Origin: an uncultured Verrucomicrobiae bacterium
Lineage (GTDB): Bacteria; Verrucomicrobiota; Verrucomicrobiia; Limisphaerales; Palsa-1400
DNA: 64,000 nucleotides
Assembly: GCA_963764165.1 (NCBI GenBank)
Contig: CAVXRD010000001.1
Span: forward strand, 320,001-384,000
Direction: 5' to 3'
Shown here: positions 1 to 8,685 of the stretch, piece after piece
How the letters are laid out: the number at the start of each line of letters is the position of its first letter
Numbering within the stretch: position 1 is the stretch's first letter
Translations under genes and position numbers: made by a program
Notes under the pieces: generated by a model
Told to the model about the DNA's origin: nothing
What the model saw: the letters and a program-made list of their open reading frames with translations, nothing else
Databases searched by the model: none

Positions 1-945
1 CATGAGTTTGACGCAGCCGGACTCGAACATGAGGCGAAAGATCAGCCAGCGCAGAAGCCAGATGACGAGCGCCGAGGGCCTGGCTTGTCTTGACGGACGA
101 TCAATCCATTGCAGCGGCGCAAAAAATATGGCCAGAAAACCCGTTTCCAGCAGAAGCGAATCCCACTGAAAGCCCAGGAACGGCCCGGACAGAACGCAGA
201 ACGAAAGGTAAGTCAGCCACAGAAGAAACGACGTCAATAAAGGCGCAGCCCCGGCGAGAAGCGCGATTGAAAACACAATCCCCAGGCCGCACTGCCAATG
301 AAGCGCGGAATCGCTGGCGCTCAACCAGCCAAAGGTCGGCATCAAATGAAAACGCTCGAGCCCTATATGATTTCGCACCGCGTCCACACTCGCGGAGTCC
401 ATTAATTCATGGGCCGGCAAAATTCCATTGCTGCCGATCAACCCGTCGATCTGCCCCCAGAGCGAACCGAAGGCGACCAGATAAATCAGAGCCAGCCCGC
501 GAAAAAACGCGAAGCGCGTCCAAATGTAGGACGGCGGCGCGATTCCTGGCCCGGAATAAATCCGATCCCAATGAGACAGCGTCGTCCGATGGTAGGCAAC
601 TTCCTCGTAGAGCAGTTCAGCCAGATCGGCAAACGTATCGGATCTTCGATAAAGGCCGAGCAGCCAGCGGTGCCGATTCCCCTCCGCCAGCGATTGAAAC
701 ACGGCCTGCGCCCCGCGAGTGACGGAACCATCCGGCAGCACGAGATGAACCGCTTCCTCGAAATCTTCCATCGGGATTTCCGGGAACCGCTGCGGAATGG
801 ATTCATCCTGGAAGGGAAGAAAATCAACGGCATCGAGAGTAATCGCCTTCCACCGTTCAATCCAACGGCAGCAGAACCGGCAATCGCCGTCAAAAATCAT
901 CAACGGCTTTGGCGGCGGCGACTGGACACGTATTTCCTGCGGCAC
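1..945 (-). CDS. DCC1-like (DUF393) thiol-disulfide oxidoreductase domain fused to lipase maturation factor (LMF1) family membrane domain; 3' part runs off the window
   Basis: Manually translated, absent from ORF track. GTG at 945 gives VPQEIRVQSPPPKPLMIFDGDCRFCCRWIERW (DxxCxxC), then FRGLALIYLVAFGSLWGQIDGLIGSNGILPA, GFQWDSLLLETGFLAIF and WLLRWLIFRLMFESGCVKL (LMF motifs). Confidence 0.85.
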   Translation of the reverse strand, partial: MPQEIRVQSPPPKPLMIFDGDCRFCCRWIERWKAITLDAVDFLPFQDESIPQRFPEIPMEDFEEAVHLVLPDGSVTRGAQAVFQSLAEGNRHRWLLGLYRRSDTFADLAELLYEEVAYHRTTLSHWDRIYSGPGIAPPSYIWTRFAFFRGLALIYLVAFGSLWGQIDGLIGSNGILPAHELMDSASVDAVRNHIGLERFHLMPTFGWLSASDSALHWQCGLGIVFSIALLAGAAPLLTSFLLWLTYLSFCVLSGPFLGFQWDSLLLETGFLAIFFAPLQWIDRPSRQARPSALVIWLLRWLIFRLMFESGCVKLM

Positions 946-1157
946 ATGGGAATGTTATCTTTCACCGCCGAAAGTCGAGGAAGATTTGTCCGTTTCTCAC
1001 GTAACGGGGTGCTTCCTTCGCAGTAAAACTTGTTGGCGGGGCAGAGACTTGCATTGCCGAGGCAGAAGCGTAGGCTAATGAGGTTCTGGCTTTTGCGGCC
1101 GGCGGCGCAGGAATTGCGGGAATCCGCCGAATTATTACGAGACCATCTTGCCAATCA

Positions 1158-1385
1158 TCACCTATAAACATCTTTCCGATGTCTCACGCGCTGAATTTCT
1201 ATCAGTTTAAGTTCAGTGACGACCTCATAAACAACGCGATAGTCGCCCAGACGAATGCGATACGCGTGGCGCGATCCAGCCAGTTTTTCGACGCCGACGG
1301 CCTCGATAGTCCGCTCGCCGACGCTGGCAGGCAATTTTCGGAGTTCCTTGAGCGTGAATTTCTTCCACTCAATGCGAAACGGCAT
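1158..1385 (-). CDS. RelE/StbE-family toxin, appears to carry a short internal deletion
   Basis: YRIRLGDYRVVYEV...HRKDVYR motif; only 75 aa, lacks the usual LxxNPxPxG segment. Confidence 0.8.
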   Translation of the reverse strand: MPFRIEWKKFTLKELRKLPASVGERTIEAVGVEKLAGSRHAYRIRLGDYRVVYEVVTELKLIEIQRVRHRKDVYR

Positions 1386-1560
1386 GGCGTTTCAGCTTCT
1401 TTTTGAACTCGTCGTGAGGAATAGTTTTTTCACCGCGCCGTTTTGCGATGACTGCCAGATCGTCCATGTCCTCCAAAAGCTTTTCGTACTCGGCAATGTC
1501 CAAAACAACGGCGGTTTTATGTCCTTTGTCATTGGTCAAAAACTGCACTGGAGCGTTCAT
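1369..1560 (-). CDS. Antitoxin partner of RelE-like toxin
   Basis: 63 aa, GHKTAVVLDIAEYEKLLEDMDDL; overlaps toxin start. Confidence 0.75.
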   Translation of the reverse strand: MNAPVQFLTNDKGHKTAVVLDIAEYEKLLEDMDDLAVIAKRRGEKTIPHDEFKKKLKRHAVSH

Positions 1561-1822
1561 GCGTAAAAATTAGCTTCCTGCCGAATAAATTTCAAATTCT
1601 TTCGGGGTGTGGTGATGACTTGTCCGATTGGGAGACCAGCAGAAAACGTTCGTTGGCCAAAGCGCCTTCGGAGCGTCGTTGGCCGAAAAAATTGCGGGTG
1701 ACAAATTGCAACTGCGGGTGAATACTGCCATCTAATCTAACGTCTTGTCAGGAGCAGCCATGAGTTCGCTTTGCAGTATTATAATCTTGAAAAAAGGCCG
1801 CCTTAAGCGCCGCGTGGAGAGC

Positions 1823-4800
1823 ATGTTCTCCGATTTGAGCGCCCGTTCCGTGCCTGTCATTGCAGCATGGCTGGCCGTTGCGAACATCGCCACTGCGGAC
1901 AACATTTCCTACAATAACCAAATCGGCCCGATTCTTTCCGAACATTGCTTCCATTGCCACGGCCCCGATTCAGCCGCGCGCAAGCCCAGCAAACACCCGC
2001 TGCGCCTCGACAAGCCTGAATTCGCCTACGAAGCGCGCGATGGCGGCAAACCGGTGCTCGTCAAAGGCGACCCGGCGGCATCCGAAATGATCCGGCGCAT
2101 TGAGGCGACGGACGACGACGCCATGCCGCCCGCCAGCGAGCACAATTCGTTGAAGCCGGACGAAGTGCGCTTGCTCAAAGAATGGATTTCTCAAGGCGGC
2201 AAATACGAAAAGCACTGGTCGCTCCTTCCGCCTGTCCGTCCTGCGGTTCCCAACGACGGCGGCAGTTGGGCGCGCGGGCCGATCGATCATTTTGTGGCGC
2301 GCAAATTGGCGCAAAACGGCCTCACGCCAAACAGCGACGAAGACAAGGCGCGGCTGTATCGCCGCTTGAGTTTCGACTTGACTGGGCTGCCGCCCAGCCC
2401 GTCGGAGGTGGAGGAATTTGTCCATTCCAAATCCGGCAAAGCTTACGAGAAGGCGGTCGACAAAATGCTGGCCAGCGATGCCTGCGCGGAGCAATTCACC
2501 CGCTGGTGGCTCGACGCCGTTCGCTACGCGGATACGCAAGGCATTCACCTCGATTTCGCCCGCAGCGTCTGGCCGTATCGCGATTGGGTGATTGACGCCT
2601 ACCGCACCAACATGCCGTTCGATCAATTCTCGATTCAACAAATCGCGGGCGACATGCTGCCGCACGCGAATGACGGCGAAAAAGTCGCCTCGTGCTACAA
2701 CCGGCTGATTGAATCCACCAGCGAGGGCGGCGCCATTCCGGACGAATACGCGGCCATCTACGCGAAGGACCGAGTTGAAACGACGGCGGCGGTGTGGCTC
2801 GGATTGACGGCGGGTTGCGCGACGTGCCACGACCATAAATTTGATCCGATTTCGACCAAGGATTTTTATTCGTTGACCGCTTTTTTCCGCAACACGACAA
2901 GTTCCATTCTTGACGGTCCCAACGGCAACAACGCGCCCACGCTTTTTGTGCCGGCCAAACAGGACGTCAAGCTCGCGAAGGAATTGGAGAAAATGATGGC
3001 CGACAATAAGAAAGCCATCGAGACGCGGAAGAAAACCGCGGAGCCCGATTACAAGAAATGGGTCGCCGAACAGCAGACCAAATCCGAAAAGCTGCTGGGC
3101 TTAAAACCGTTCATGGAACTGCCGCTGGCGTCGAGGGAGTTGCTGGTGGGGCAAATGGACGGCAGACACCTTGAGTGGGCGGGAACCACCAACCTGACGA
3201 ACGGGCCGTTCGGACTGGCGCCATTGGTGAAGGGCGGCGACATCGTCACCAATGCTGCCCCGGTTGTGCCGCGCTCCGGAGTCGCAAGCTATGGCGCTTA
3301 TATCATGGTGGATGGAAAACCAAACGGCGCGGTTTTTTCGCGCATGAACAATTCGGATGGTTATCGCGGCTGGGATTTTTGGCTGACCGAGGGCCGGCCA
3401 ACGATTCACATCATCGATCAGTTTCCCGATCACGCGCTCAAAATCACCGCCAACAACGAACTGAAACCGGGCCGCTGGCATCACGTCATGGCGGTTTTTG
3501 ACGGCAGCAAGAAAGGCGCGGACGCCCTCGCGCTGTACGTCGATGGCCTGAAGGCAAACGTCGAAGTCAACAACAACAATCTTGGATCCAATATCTTCGC
3601 CAATGTGCCGTTCCGGCTGGGCGGACGTTCCAGCAAGGACGGCGCGGCCGACGGAATTTCCGGTGGCAAAGTCTACTTGCAGAACGTGCGGTTTTATCAG
3701 GCGGCGCTAACCGGCAAAGACGTGGCGCGCCTGGCGCTTGAAGGATTGATTCGCCCCTCGGTGTTCGATACGAACTCCGATTTAACTGAGGCATATCTGG
3801 TTGGTTACAATCGCGAAAGCCAGCATCTCATCGCCGAAGGCGCTGCGCTCAAGGAGAAATACAAGCCGATTCGCGAGCGCGGCGGGATGACGCTCATCAC
3901 CGAAGAAAAGTCAGACACGAAACCGAGCGCCTATGTTCTCATCCGCGGCACTTACACATCCAAAGGCGACGAAGTTTTTCCCGCGACACCATCCTCGCTT
4001 CCGCCCATGCCAACGAATGCGCCGCGCAATCGCGTCGGCCTCGCCGAATGGATGATGTCGCGCGACAACCCGCTGACGGCGCGCGTCACGATGAATCGCC
4101 TCTGGGCGCAAATATTCGGAACGGGAATCGTCGAAACGACGGAGGATTTCGGCGTCATGGGCGCGCGGCCCAGCAACCAGGCTTTGCTGGATTGGCTCGC
4201 GGTTGAATTCATGGATTCTGGCTGGGATTTCCGGCACATGGTCAAGACCATTGTCATGAGTTCCACTTACCGTCAATCGGATGCCATTTCTCCTGAAAAG
4301 CTAGAGAAGGATCCACTGGACAAGTTGCTTTCCCGCGCGCCGCATCTGCGGTTGGAAGCCGAGGAAATTCGCGACCAGGCCCTGGCCGTCTCTGGATTGC
4401 TTGTCAATAAAATTGGCGGGCCGCCGGTCAAGCCGTATCAGCCGGAAGGCGTTTGGGAAGCTGTCGCCATGAAGGAGTCCGATACAAAAATTTACAAGCA
4501 GGATACCGGGCCTTCCCTTTATCGCCGCTCGCTCTACACGTATTGGAAACGCACCGCGCCGCCGCCCAATATGGAAATCATGAACGCGCCGACCCGGGAA
4601 TCGTTCTGCACGCGCCGCGAACGAACGGACACGCCGCTCCAGGCCTTGGTCACGCTGAATGACACGCAGTTCATCGAGGCCGCCCGCCATCTTGCGGCCC
4701 GCGCCATAGTTTCCAACAAGAGCTTCGACAAACGCCTCGATGCGATCACCGAACCGCTGATGGCGCGCGACCTGCGGTCCGACGAGCGCGCCGTCATGCG

Positions 4801-4972
4801 AAAGATGGAAGAGGATTTTCAGAAAAAATATCAGGGTGATGCGACCGACGCGAATTCGCTCTTGAAAGTTGGAGAATCCCCGGCGGACGCAAAAATCGCG
4901 CCCGCCGAACTCGCGGCCTGGACGCTCGTGGCGAGTGAAGTTCTCAATCTCGACGAAGCGCTGACCAAATAG
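1823..4972 (+). CDS. Planctomycete-type cytochrome c / DUF1549 / LamG-like / DUF1553 (PSD1) protein
   Basis: CFHCH and CATCHDHKFDP heme motifs, WLDAVRYADT, RRSLYTYWKRT, TPLQALVTLN; start uncertain (1745-1823). Confidence 0.9.
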   Translation: MFSDLSARSVPVIAAWLAVANIATADNISYNNQIGPILSEHCFHCHGPDSAARKPSKHPLRLDKPEFAYEARDGGKPVLVKGDPAASEMIRRIEATDDDAMPPASEHNSLKPDEVRLLKEWISQGGKYEKHWSLLPPVRPAVPNDGGSWARGPIDHFVARKLAQNGLTPNSDEDKARLYRRLSFDLTGLPPSPSEVEEFVHSKSGKAYEKAVDKMLASDACAEQFTRWWLDAVRYADTQGIHLDFARSVWPYRDWVIDAYRTNMPFDQFSIQQIAGDMLPHANDGEKVASCYNRLIESTSEGGAIPDEYAAIYAKDRVETTAAVWLGLTAGCATCHDHKFDPISTKDFYSLTAFFRNTTSSILDGPNGNNAPTLFVPAKQDVKLAKELEKMMADNKKAIETRKKTAEPDYKKWVAEQQTKSEKLLGLKPFMELPLASRELLVGQMDGRHLEWAGTTNLTNGPFGLAPLVKGGDIVTNAAPVVPRSGVASYGAYIMVDGKPNGAVFSRMNNSDGYRGWDFWLTEGRPTIHIIDQFPDHALKITANNELKPGRWHHVMAVFDGSKKGADALALYVDGLKANVEVNNNNLGSNIFANVPFRLGGRSSKDGAADGISGGKVYLQNVRFYQAALTGKDVARLALEGLIRPSVFDTNSDLTEAYLVGYNRESQHLIAEGAALKEKYKPIRERGGMTLITEEKSDTKPSAYVLIRGTYTSKGDEVFPATPSSLPPMPTNAPRNRVGLAEWMMSRDNPLTARVTMNRLWAQIFGTGIVETTEDFGVMGARPSNQALLDWLAVEFMDSGWDFRHMVKTIVMSSTYRQSDAISPEKLEKDPLDKLLSRAPHLRLEAEEIRDQALAVSGLLVNKIGGPPVKPYQPEGVWEAVAMKESDTKIYKQDTGPSLYRRSLYTYWKRTAPPPNMEIMNAPTRESFCTRRERTDTPLQALVTLNDTQFIEAARHLAARAIVSNKSFDKRLDAITEPLMARDLRSDERAVMRKMEEDFQKKYQGDATDANSLLKVGESPADAKIAPAELAAWTLVASEVLNLDEALTK

Positions 4973-4988
4973 AACAGCAAGGATAGCC

Positions 4989-6473
4989 ATGAATTTTGAC
5001 CCGCAATGGATGCCGCTTGTGAACCATTACAACGCCGCGCTGACACGCCGCCAATTTTTCCGCCGCAGCGCCGCCGGACTCGGAGTAGCCGCGCTTTCTT
5101 CGCTGCTCGGCCCCAGGGCGTTTGCGCTGGAAAACAGCGACACGCCCGGACCCGATAGCTTGTGGCGGATTGCGCCAAAAGCGAAGCGCGCCATTTACAT
5201 TTCGCTCATCGGCGCGCCATCGCAACTGGATCTGTTCGATCACAAGCCCGATTTGCGGTCGCGTTTCAAGGAAGACTTGAAGGATTGGCTGAAGAAGGAA
5301 GGCGAGCGCCTCACCGGCATGACGTCCGGCCAGGACAAGTTTCCGCTCGCGCCGTCCATGTTCAAATTCAAGCAATACGGACCCAGCGGCGCGTGGATCA
5401 GCGAGCTGCTCCCTTGGCACGCAAAGATGGCGGACGATCTTTGCTTCATCCGCTCGATGCACACCGATGCCATTAATCACGAGCCGGCCAACCAATTGGT
5501 TTACACCGGTTCCATGATTAACGGCAAAGCCTCCATTGGCTCGTGGCTCGCCTATGGCCTTGGCTCGATGAATCAGGAATTGCCCACGTTTGTCGTGCTG
5601 CACGCCACGCACTCAAGCCCTTATTCCAACGTGCAGGCCATCACTGCGCGGCTGTGGGGTCCAGGATATCTCCCCGGCAAATACGCAGGCGTCGCGCTGC
5701 GGGCCAAGGGCGATCCAGTTCTCTACCTGAAGGACGCTCCCGGAATCTCGCGCGAAATGCGCCGCGAAATGGTCGAAGGCATCAATGCCCTGAACGAACG
5801 CTCTTACGCCGCCATCGGCGATCCGGAAATTCAAACGCGAACCCAGCAATTTGAGATGGCGTTCAAAATGCAGTCGAGCATTCCAGAGCTAACCGATTTG
5901 TCCAAGGAAACGGAAAAGACCTACGAACTTTACGGCGAGGACGCCAAAGTTCGCGGCACCTTCGCAAATTCGGCCTTGATGGCGCGTCGGCTGGCGGAGC
6001 GCGGCGTTCGTTTCGTGCAAATTTTCCATCGCGGCTGGGATCAGCACGGCAGCCTCCCGCGCGATCTTGCCTCGCAATGCAAAGACGTCGATCAAGGCTG
6101 CTATGGCTTGATCCAGGATCTCAAGCAACGCGGCATGCTGGAGGACACGCTGGTGATTTGGGGCGGCGAATTCGGCCGCACCGTCTATTGCCAGGGCAAA
6201 CTGGAGGAAACGGATTACGGGCGCGACCATCATCCTCGCTGCTTCACGATTTGGATGGCCGGCGGCGGCGTCAAGCCGGGCTTCGTCTACGGAAAAACGG
6301 ACGAAATGTCCTACAACATCGTCGAAAATCCCGTCCACGTTCACGAGCTGCACGCCACCATTCTCCACCAATTAGGAATCGACCACGACAAACTCGCCTT
6401 CAAATACCAGGGCCTGGCCCAGCGCTTGACGGGAGTGGAGCCGGTCAATTACGTCAAAGATATTTTGGCTTAA
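4989..6473 (+). CDS. DUF1501 family protein (Tat-exported)
   Basis: TRRQFF twin-arginine motif, [27 protein letters not shown]; usual partner of DUF1553 genes. Confidence 0.9.
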   Translation: MNFDPQWMPLVNHYNAALTRRQFFRRSAAGLGVAALSSLLGPRAFALENSDTPGPDSLWRIAPKAKRAIYISLIGAPSQLDLFDHKPDLRSRFKEDLKDWLKKEGERLTGMTSGQDKFPLAPSMFKFKQYGPSGAWISELLPWHAKMADDLCFIRSMHTDAINHEPANQLVYTGSMINGKASIGSWLAYGLGSMNQELPTFVVLHATHSSPYSNVQAITARLWGPGYLPGKYAGVALRAKGDPVLYLKDAPGISREMRREMVEGINALNERSYAAIGDPEIQTRTQQFEMAFKMQSSIPELTDLSKETEKTYELYGEDAKVRGTFANSALMARRLAERGVRFVQIFHRGWDQHGSLPRDLASQCKDVDQGCYGLIQDLKQRGMLEDTLVIWGGEFGRTVYCQGKLEETDYGRDHHPRCFTIWMAGGGVKPGFVYGKTDEMSYNIVENPVHVHELHATILHQLGIDHDKLAFKYQGLAQRLTGVEPVNYVKDILA

Positions 6474-6502
6474 ACATTTTTCCCGGGCGCAGCCCGCTGT
6501 CC

Positions 6503-6530
6503 AAGGTAGGGACGCCTCGCCGAGGCGTCC
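6503..6530 (+). repeat. REP family A (GTAG-type), left arm of a REPIN
   Basis: AAGGTAG-GGACGCCTCG-C-CGAGGCGTCC; the inverted partner starts at 6649 and is interrupted by a MITE and IS110. Confidence 0.9.
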
Positions 6531-6661
6531 GGGGACGTGGCGTTCTACACATGCGACCTCACTTTATAAAAGCACGTATTGCGATCTCGTTGGCGCATAT
6601 TCGCAGAACGTTAGAGGAATTGCTGCGTCAACAAAATGCCACAACCTCGGACGCCTCGGCG

Positions 6662-6801
6662 GAGACTGTCTCAAAACTCAAAAACGGCTTTAAAAAGCAC
6701 CACAAAAACACCCTCGCCGAAAATAAAAATGCGCCATATCGCAAATGAGAGAATCATAGTATTGACACACTTTGAGGATTTTGTAGTTTTGAGACAATCT
6801 C
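6662..6801. mobile_element. 140-bp MITE with 17-bp terminal inverted repeats and 4-bp target duplication (GGCG)
   Basis: Left GAGACTGTCTCAAAACT, right AGTTTTGAGACAATCTC (1 mismatch); GGCG at 6658-6661 and 6802-6805; removal restores the REP. Confidence 0.85.
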
Positions 6802-6864
6802 GGCGAGGCGTCCCTTGTATCTTCTTCTTATTCTTCTTGGTAATCCGATGTCGGATCTCCAAGT

Positions 6865-7048
6865 TGATGCCGCCTCTGCGCCTGCAGGCGCAGAGGCGGC
6901 GGCGGGTTTGAGAACGTGCGTCCCTTGAAGTCGCTGTCTCGGCAGCGAGCTCCGTAAGGTAGCGTGTTCCATTCCCGCCCATTGTTCCAAACTCGAACCG
7001 TTGCCTGAGCGCGTCTAACAACGCGGCTCGAATTTTACAAGTATGAGT
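6865..7048 (+). ncRNA. Predicted IS110 bridge RNA (5' hairpin, target-binding loop, donor-binding loop); ends approximate
   Basis: 32-bp palindrome 6869-6900; guides GCGTCCCT (6918-6925), TAAGGTAG (6955-6962), ACCGTTGC (6997-7004) and TACAAG (7036-7041) match target and donor. Confidence 0.85.
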
Positions 7049-7987
7049 CAGACCAATTCGCCTTCCATTCTCTTCGTCGGCCTCGACGTTGCCAAGTCCT
7101 CTTTGCAGCTTCACCTGGCCGCTCAATCCCATGCCCTCTCCAATGACGCCAAAGGCCATCAAAAATTGATCGGCCTCTTAAAGTCTCATCCAAGCGCCCA
7201 AGTGGTCTGCGAAGCCACCGGCGGCTACGAGCAGCCTGTGCTGGCCGCTCTCCATGAAGCCGCCATCCCTCTGAGCCTGGTCGAAGCCGGACGGGTCCGT
7301 CACTTCGCCAAAGCCAAAGGCAAGCGCGCCAAGTCCGATCCCATCGATGCTGCCGTGCTCTCCGCTTACGGAGCCGCCCTCCAGCCCGCTCCCACGCCCC
7401 AGGCCTCTCCCACCCAGCAGCAATTGACTCAACTGACAAGGCGCCGCCGCCAAGTGGTTGAACAGCTGGTCGTCGAACGCAATCACGCAGAACATTATGC
7501 CGACAGCTTTTCCCAAAAACAGTCCCGCCAGATCATCGCTCTGCTGGAAAAACAAATCGCCCAGTGCGAGCGGGAAATTGCCTCGCTCATGGACAAGGAC
7601 GCCGACTTGAAGAAAAAAGCCCAGCGCCTGCAGACCATCCCCGGCGTCGGCTCCGTCACCGCCGTTTGCGTCCTGGCTGAAATGCCCGAACTGGGCACTC
7701 TCGAGGATGGCTCCTGCGCCGCCTTGGCTGGCCTGGCCCCTTACAACAGCGATAGCGGCCAACAGTCCGACCAGCGCCACATCGGCGGCGGCCGGGCCGG
7801 CATCCGCCGAGCCCTCTACATGGCCGCCCTAAGCGCCGTTCGCTGCGACCGCATTCTCAAAGAGTTCTATTTGCGATTGCGGAATAACGGCAAAAAACCA
7901 AAGGTCGCCCTCACCGCCGCCATGCGAAAGCTTATCCTCCTTATGAACCGATTGCTGAAAAATCCCAATTTCCAGCTTGCCAGTTAA
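7043..7987 (+). CDS. IS110-family recombinase/transposase
   Basis: DEDD motifs GLDVAK, CEATGGYE, KSDPIDA; IPGVG; GLAPYNSDSG (catalytic Ser region); GKKPKVALTAAMRKL. Confidence 0.95.
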   Translation: MSQTNSPSILFVGLDVAKSSLQLHLAAQSHALSNDAKGHQKLIGLLKSHPSAQVVCEATGGYEQPVLAALHEAAIPLSLVEAGRVRHFAKAKGKRAKSDPIDAAVLSAYGAALQPAPTPQASPTQQQLTQLTRRRRQVVEQLVVERNHAEHYADSFSQKQSRQIIALLEKQIAQCEREIASLMDKDADLKKKAQRLQTIPGVGSVTAVCVLAEMPELGTLEDGSCAALAGLAPYNSDSGQQSDQRHIGGGRAGIRRALYMAALSAVRCDRILKEFYLRLRNNGKKPKVALTAAMRKLILLMNRLLKNPNFQLAS

Positions 7988-8127
7988 CACCGTTGCTACC
8001 TTAGAGTGGCGCCTTTGGCGCGAGATTATTCGTAATTGTATCGCAACGGATATTTTGGCGTGAGCCATTTCAACGCCAAGTTGCAAGCCAAGTGACAAAC
8101 GGCGCTTAATCGTATAAGCTTTTTCGT

Positions 8128-8352
8128 GTGAGTACCGTCACAGAAATTATCGAAGCGGTGCAGAAATTGCCGGAAGGTGAAAAAGCGGAATTTCTCGACC
8201 GCCTGCGCGAAATTGATTTCGAGGACGCTTGGGATCGGCGCATTGAAGCTGACGCCAAGGCCGGACGGCTGGATGCGATTTGGCAGGAGGCTCTCAAGGA
8301 CATAAAAACCGGGCACACAAAACCGCTCGATGAAGTCATTAACGACTCCTAG
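8128..8352 (+). CDS. Putative antitoxin
   Basis: MSTVTEIIEAVQKL...AWDRRIEADAKAGRLD, upstream of a RelE/ParE-like remnant. Confidence 0.75.
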   Translation: MSTVTEIIEAVQKLPEGEKAEFLDRLREIDFEDAWDRRIEADAKAGRLDAIWQEALKDIKTGHTKPLDEVINDS

Positions 8353-8586
8353 CTTCTGGAAGGCGTATCAGGCGCTCTCGACGGATGTTAAGGCTCAAGC
8401 ATGAAAGGCTTACCGACTCTGGCGCACCAATCCGCGCCATCCCTCGCTTCGATTTGAACCAAAAGGGAAATATTGGAGCGTCCGTATCACGCGAGGCTGG
8501 CGTGCGCTCGCAAGTGAGCGTGAAGGAGTGTTATATTGGTTTTGGATCGGCCCACGGATGAATATGAGCGACTACTGAAATCGTGA
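8330..8586 (+). pseudogene. RelE/ParE-like toxin pseudogene
   Basis: MKSLTTPSFWKAYQAL...AQA*KAYRLWRTNPRHPSLRF...WSVRITRGWRAL...WFWIGP; TGA at 8402-8404 and a frameshift before DEYERLL. Confidence 0.8.
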
Positions 8587-8623
8587 TACATATAGAACGT
8601 TTCACACGGTTGACAATTATATG

Positions 8624-8685
8624 CCTTCTTTCAGTTGCGGGGCGGCGTATCACGCAGCACGGCGTTGAAATGATCCGGCTCGTCA
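8624..8685 (-). repeat. Diverged copy of the antitoxin 3' end / toxin start junction (11326-11387)
   Basis: 62-bp direct repeat with a few substitutions. Confidence 0.85.

Larger units (their letters stand above)
6814..7997 (+). mobile_element. Complete IS110-family element inserted in REP at a CT core
   Basis: Flanks GCGTCC[CT]tgtatc...accgttg[CT]ACCTT; removal restores GGCGTCCCTACCT as in intact REPs at 38425 and 54700. Confidence 0.92.

Noticed and set aside
6816..6850. Circle-junction promoter for the bridge RNA
   Set aside because: Expected from IS110 biology, but I could not place a convincing -35/-10 pair with correct spacing
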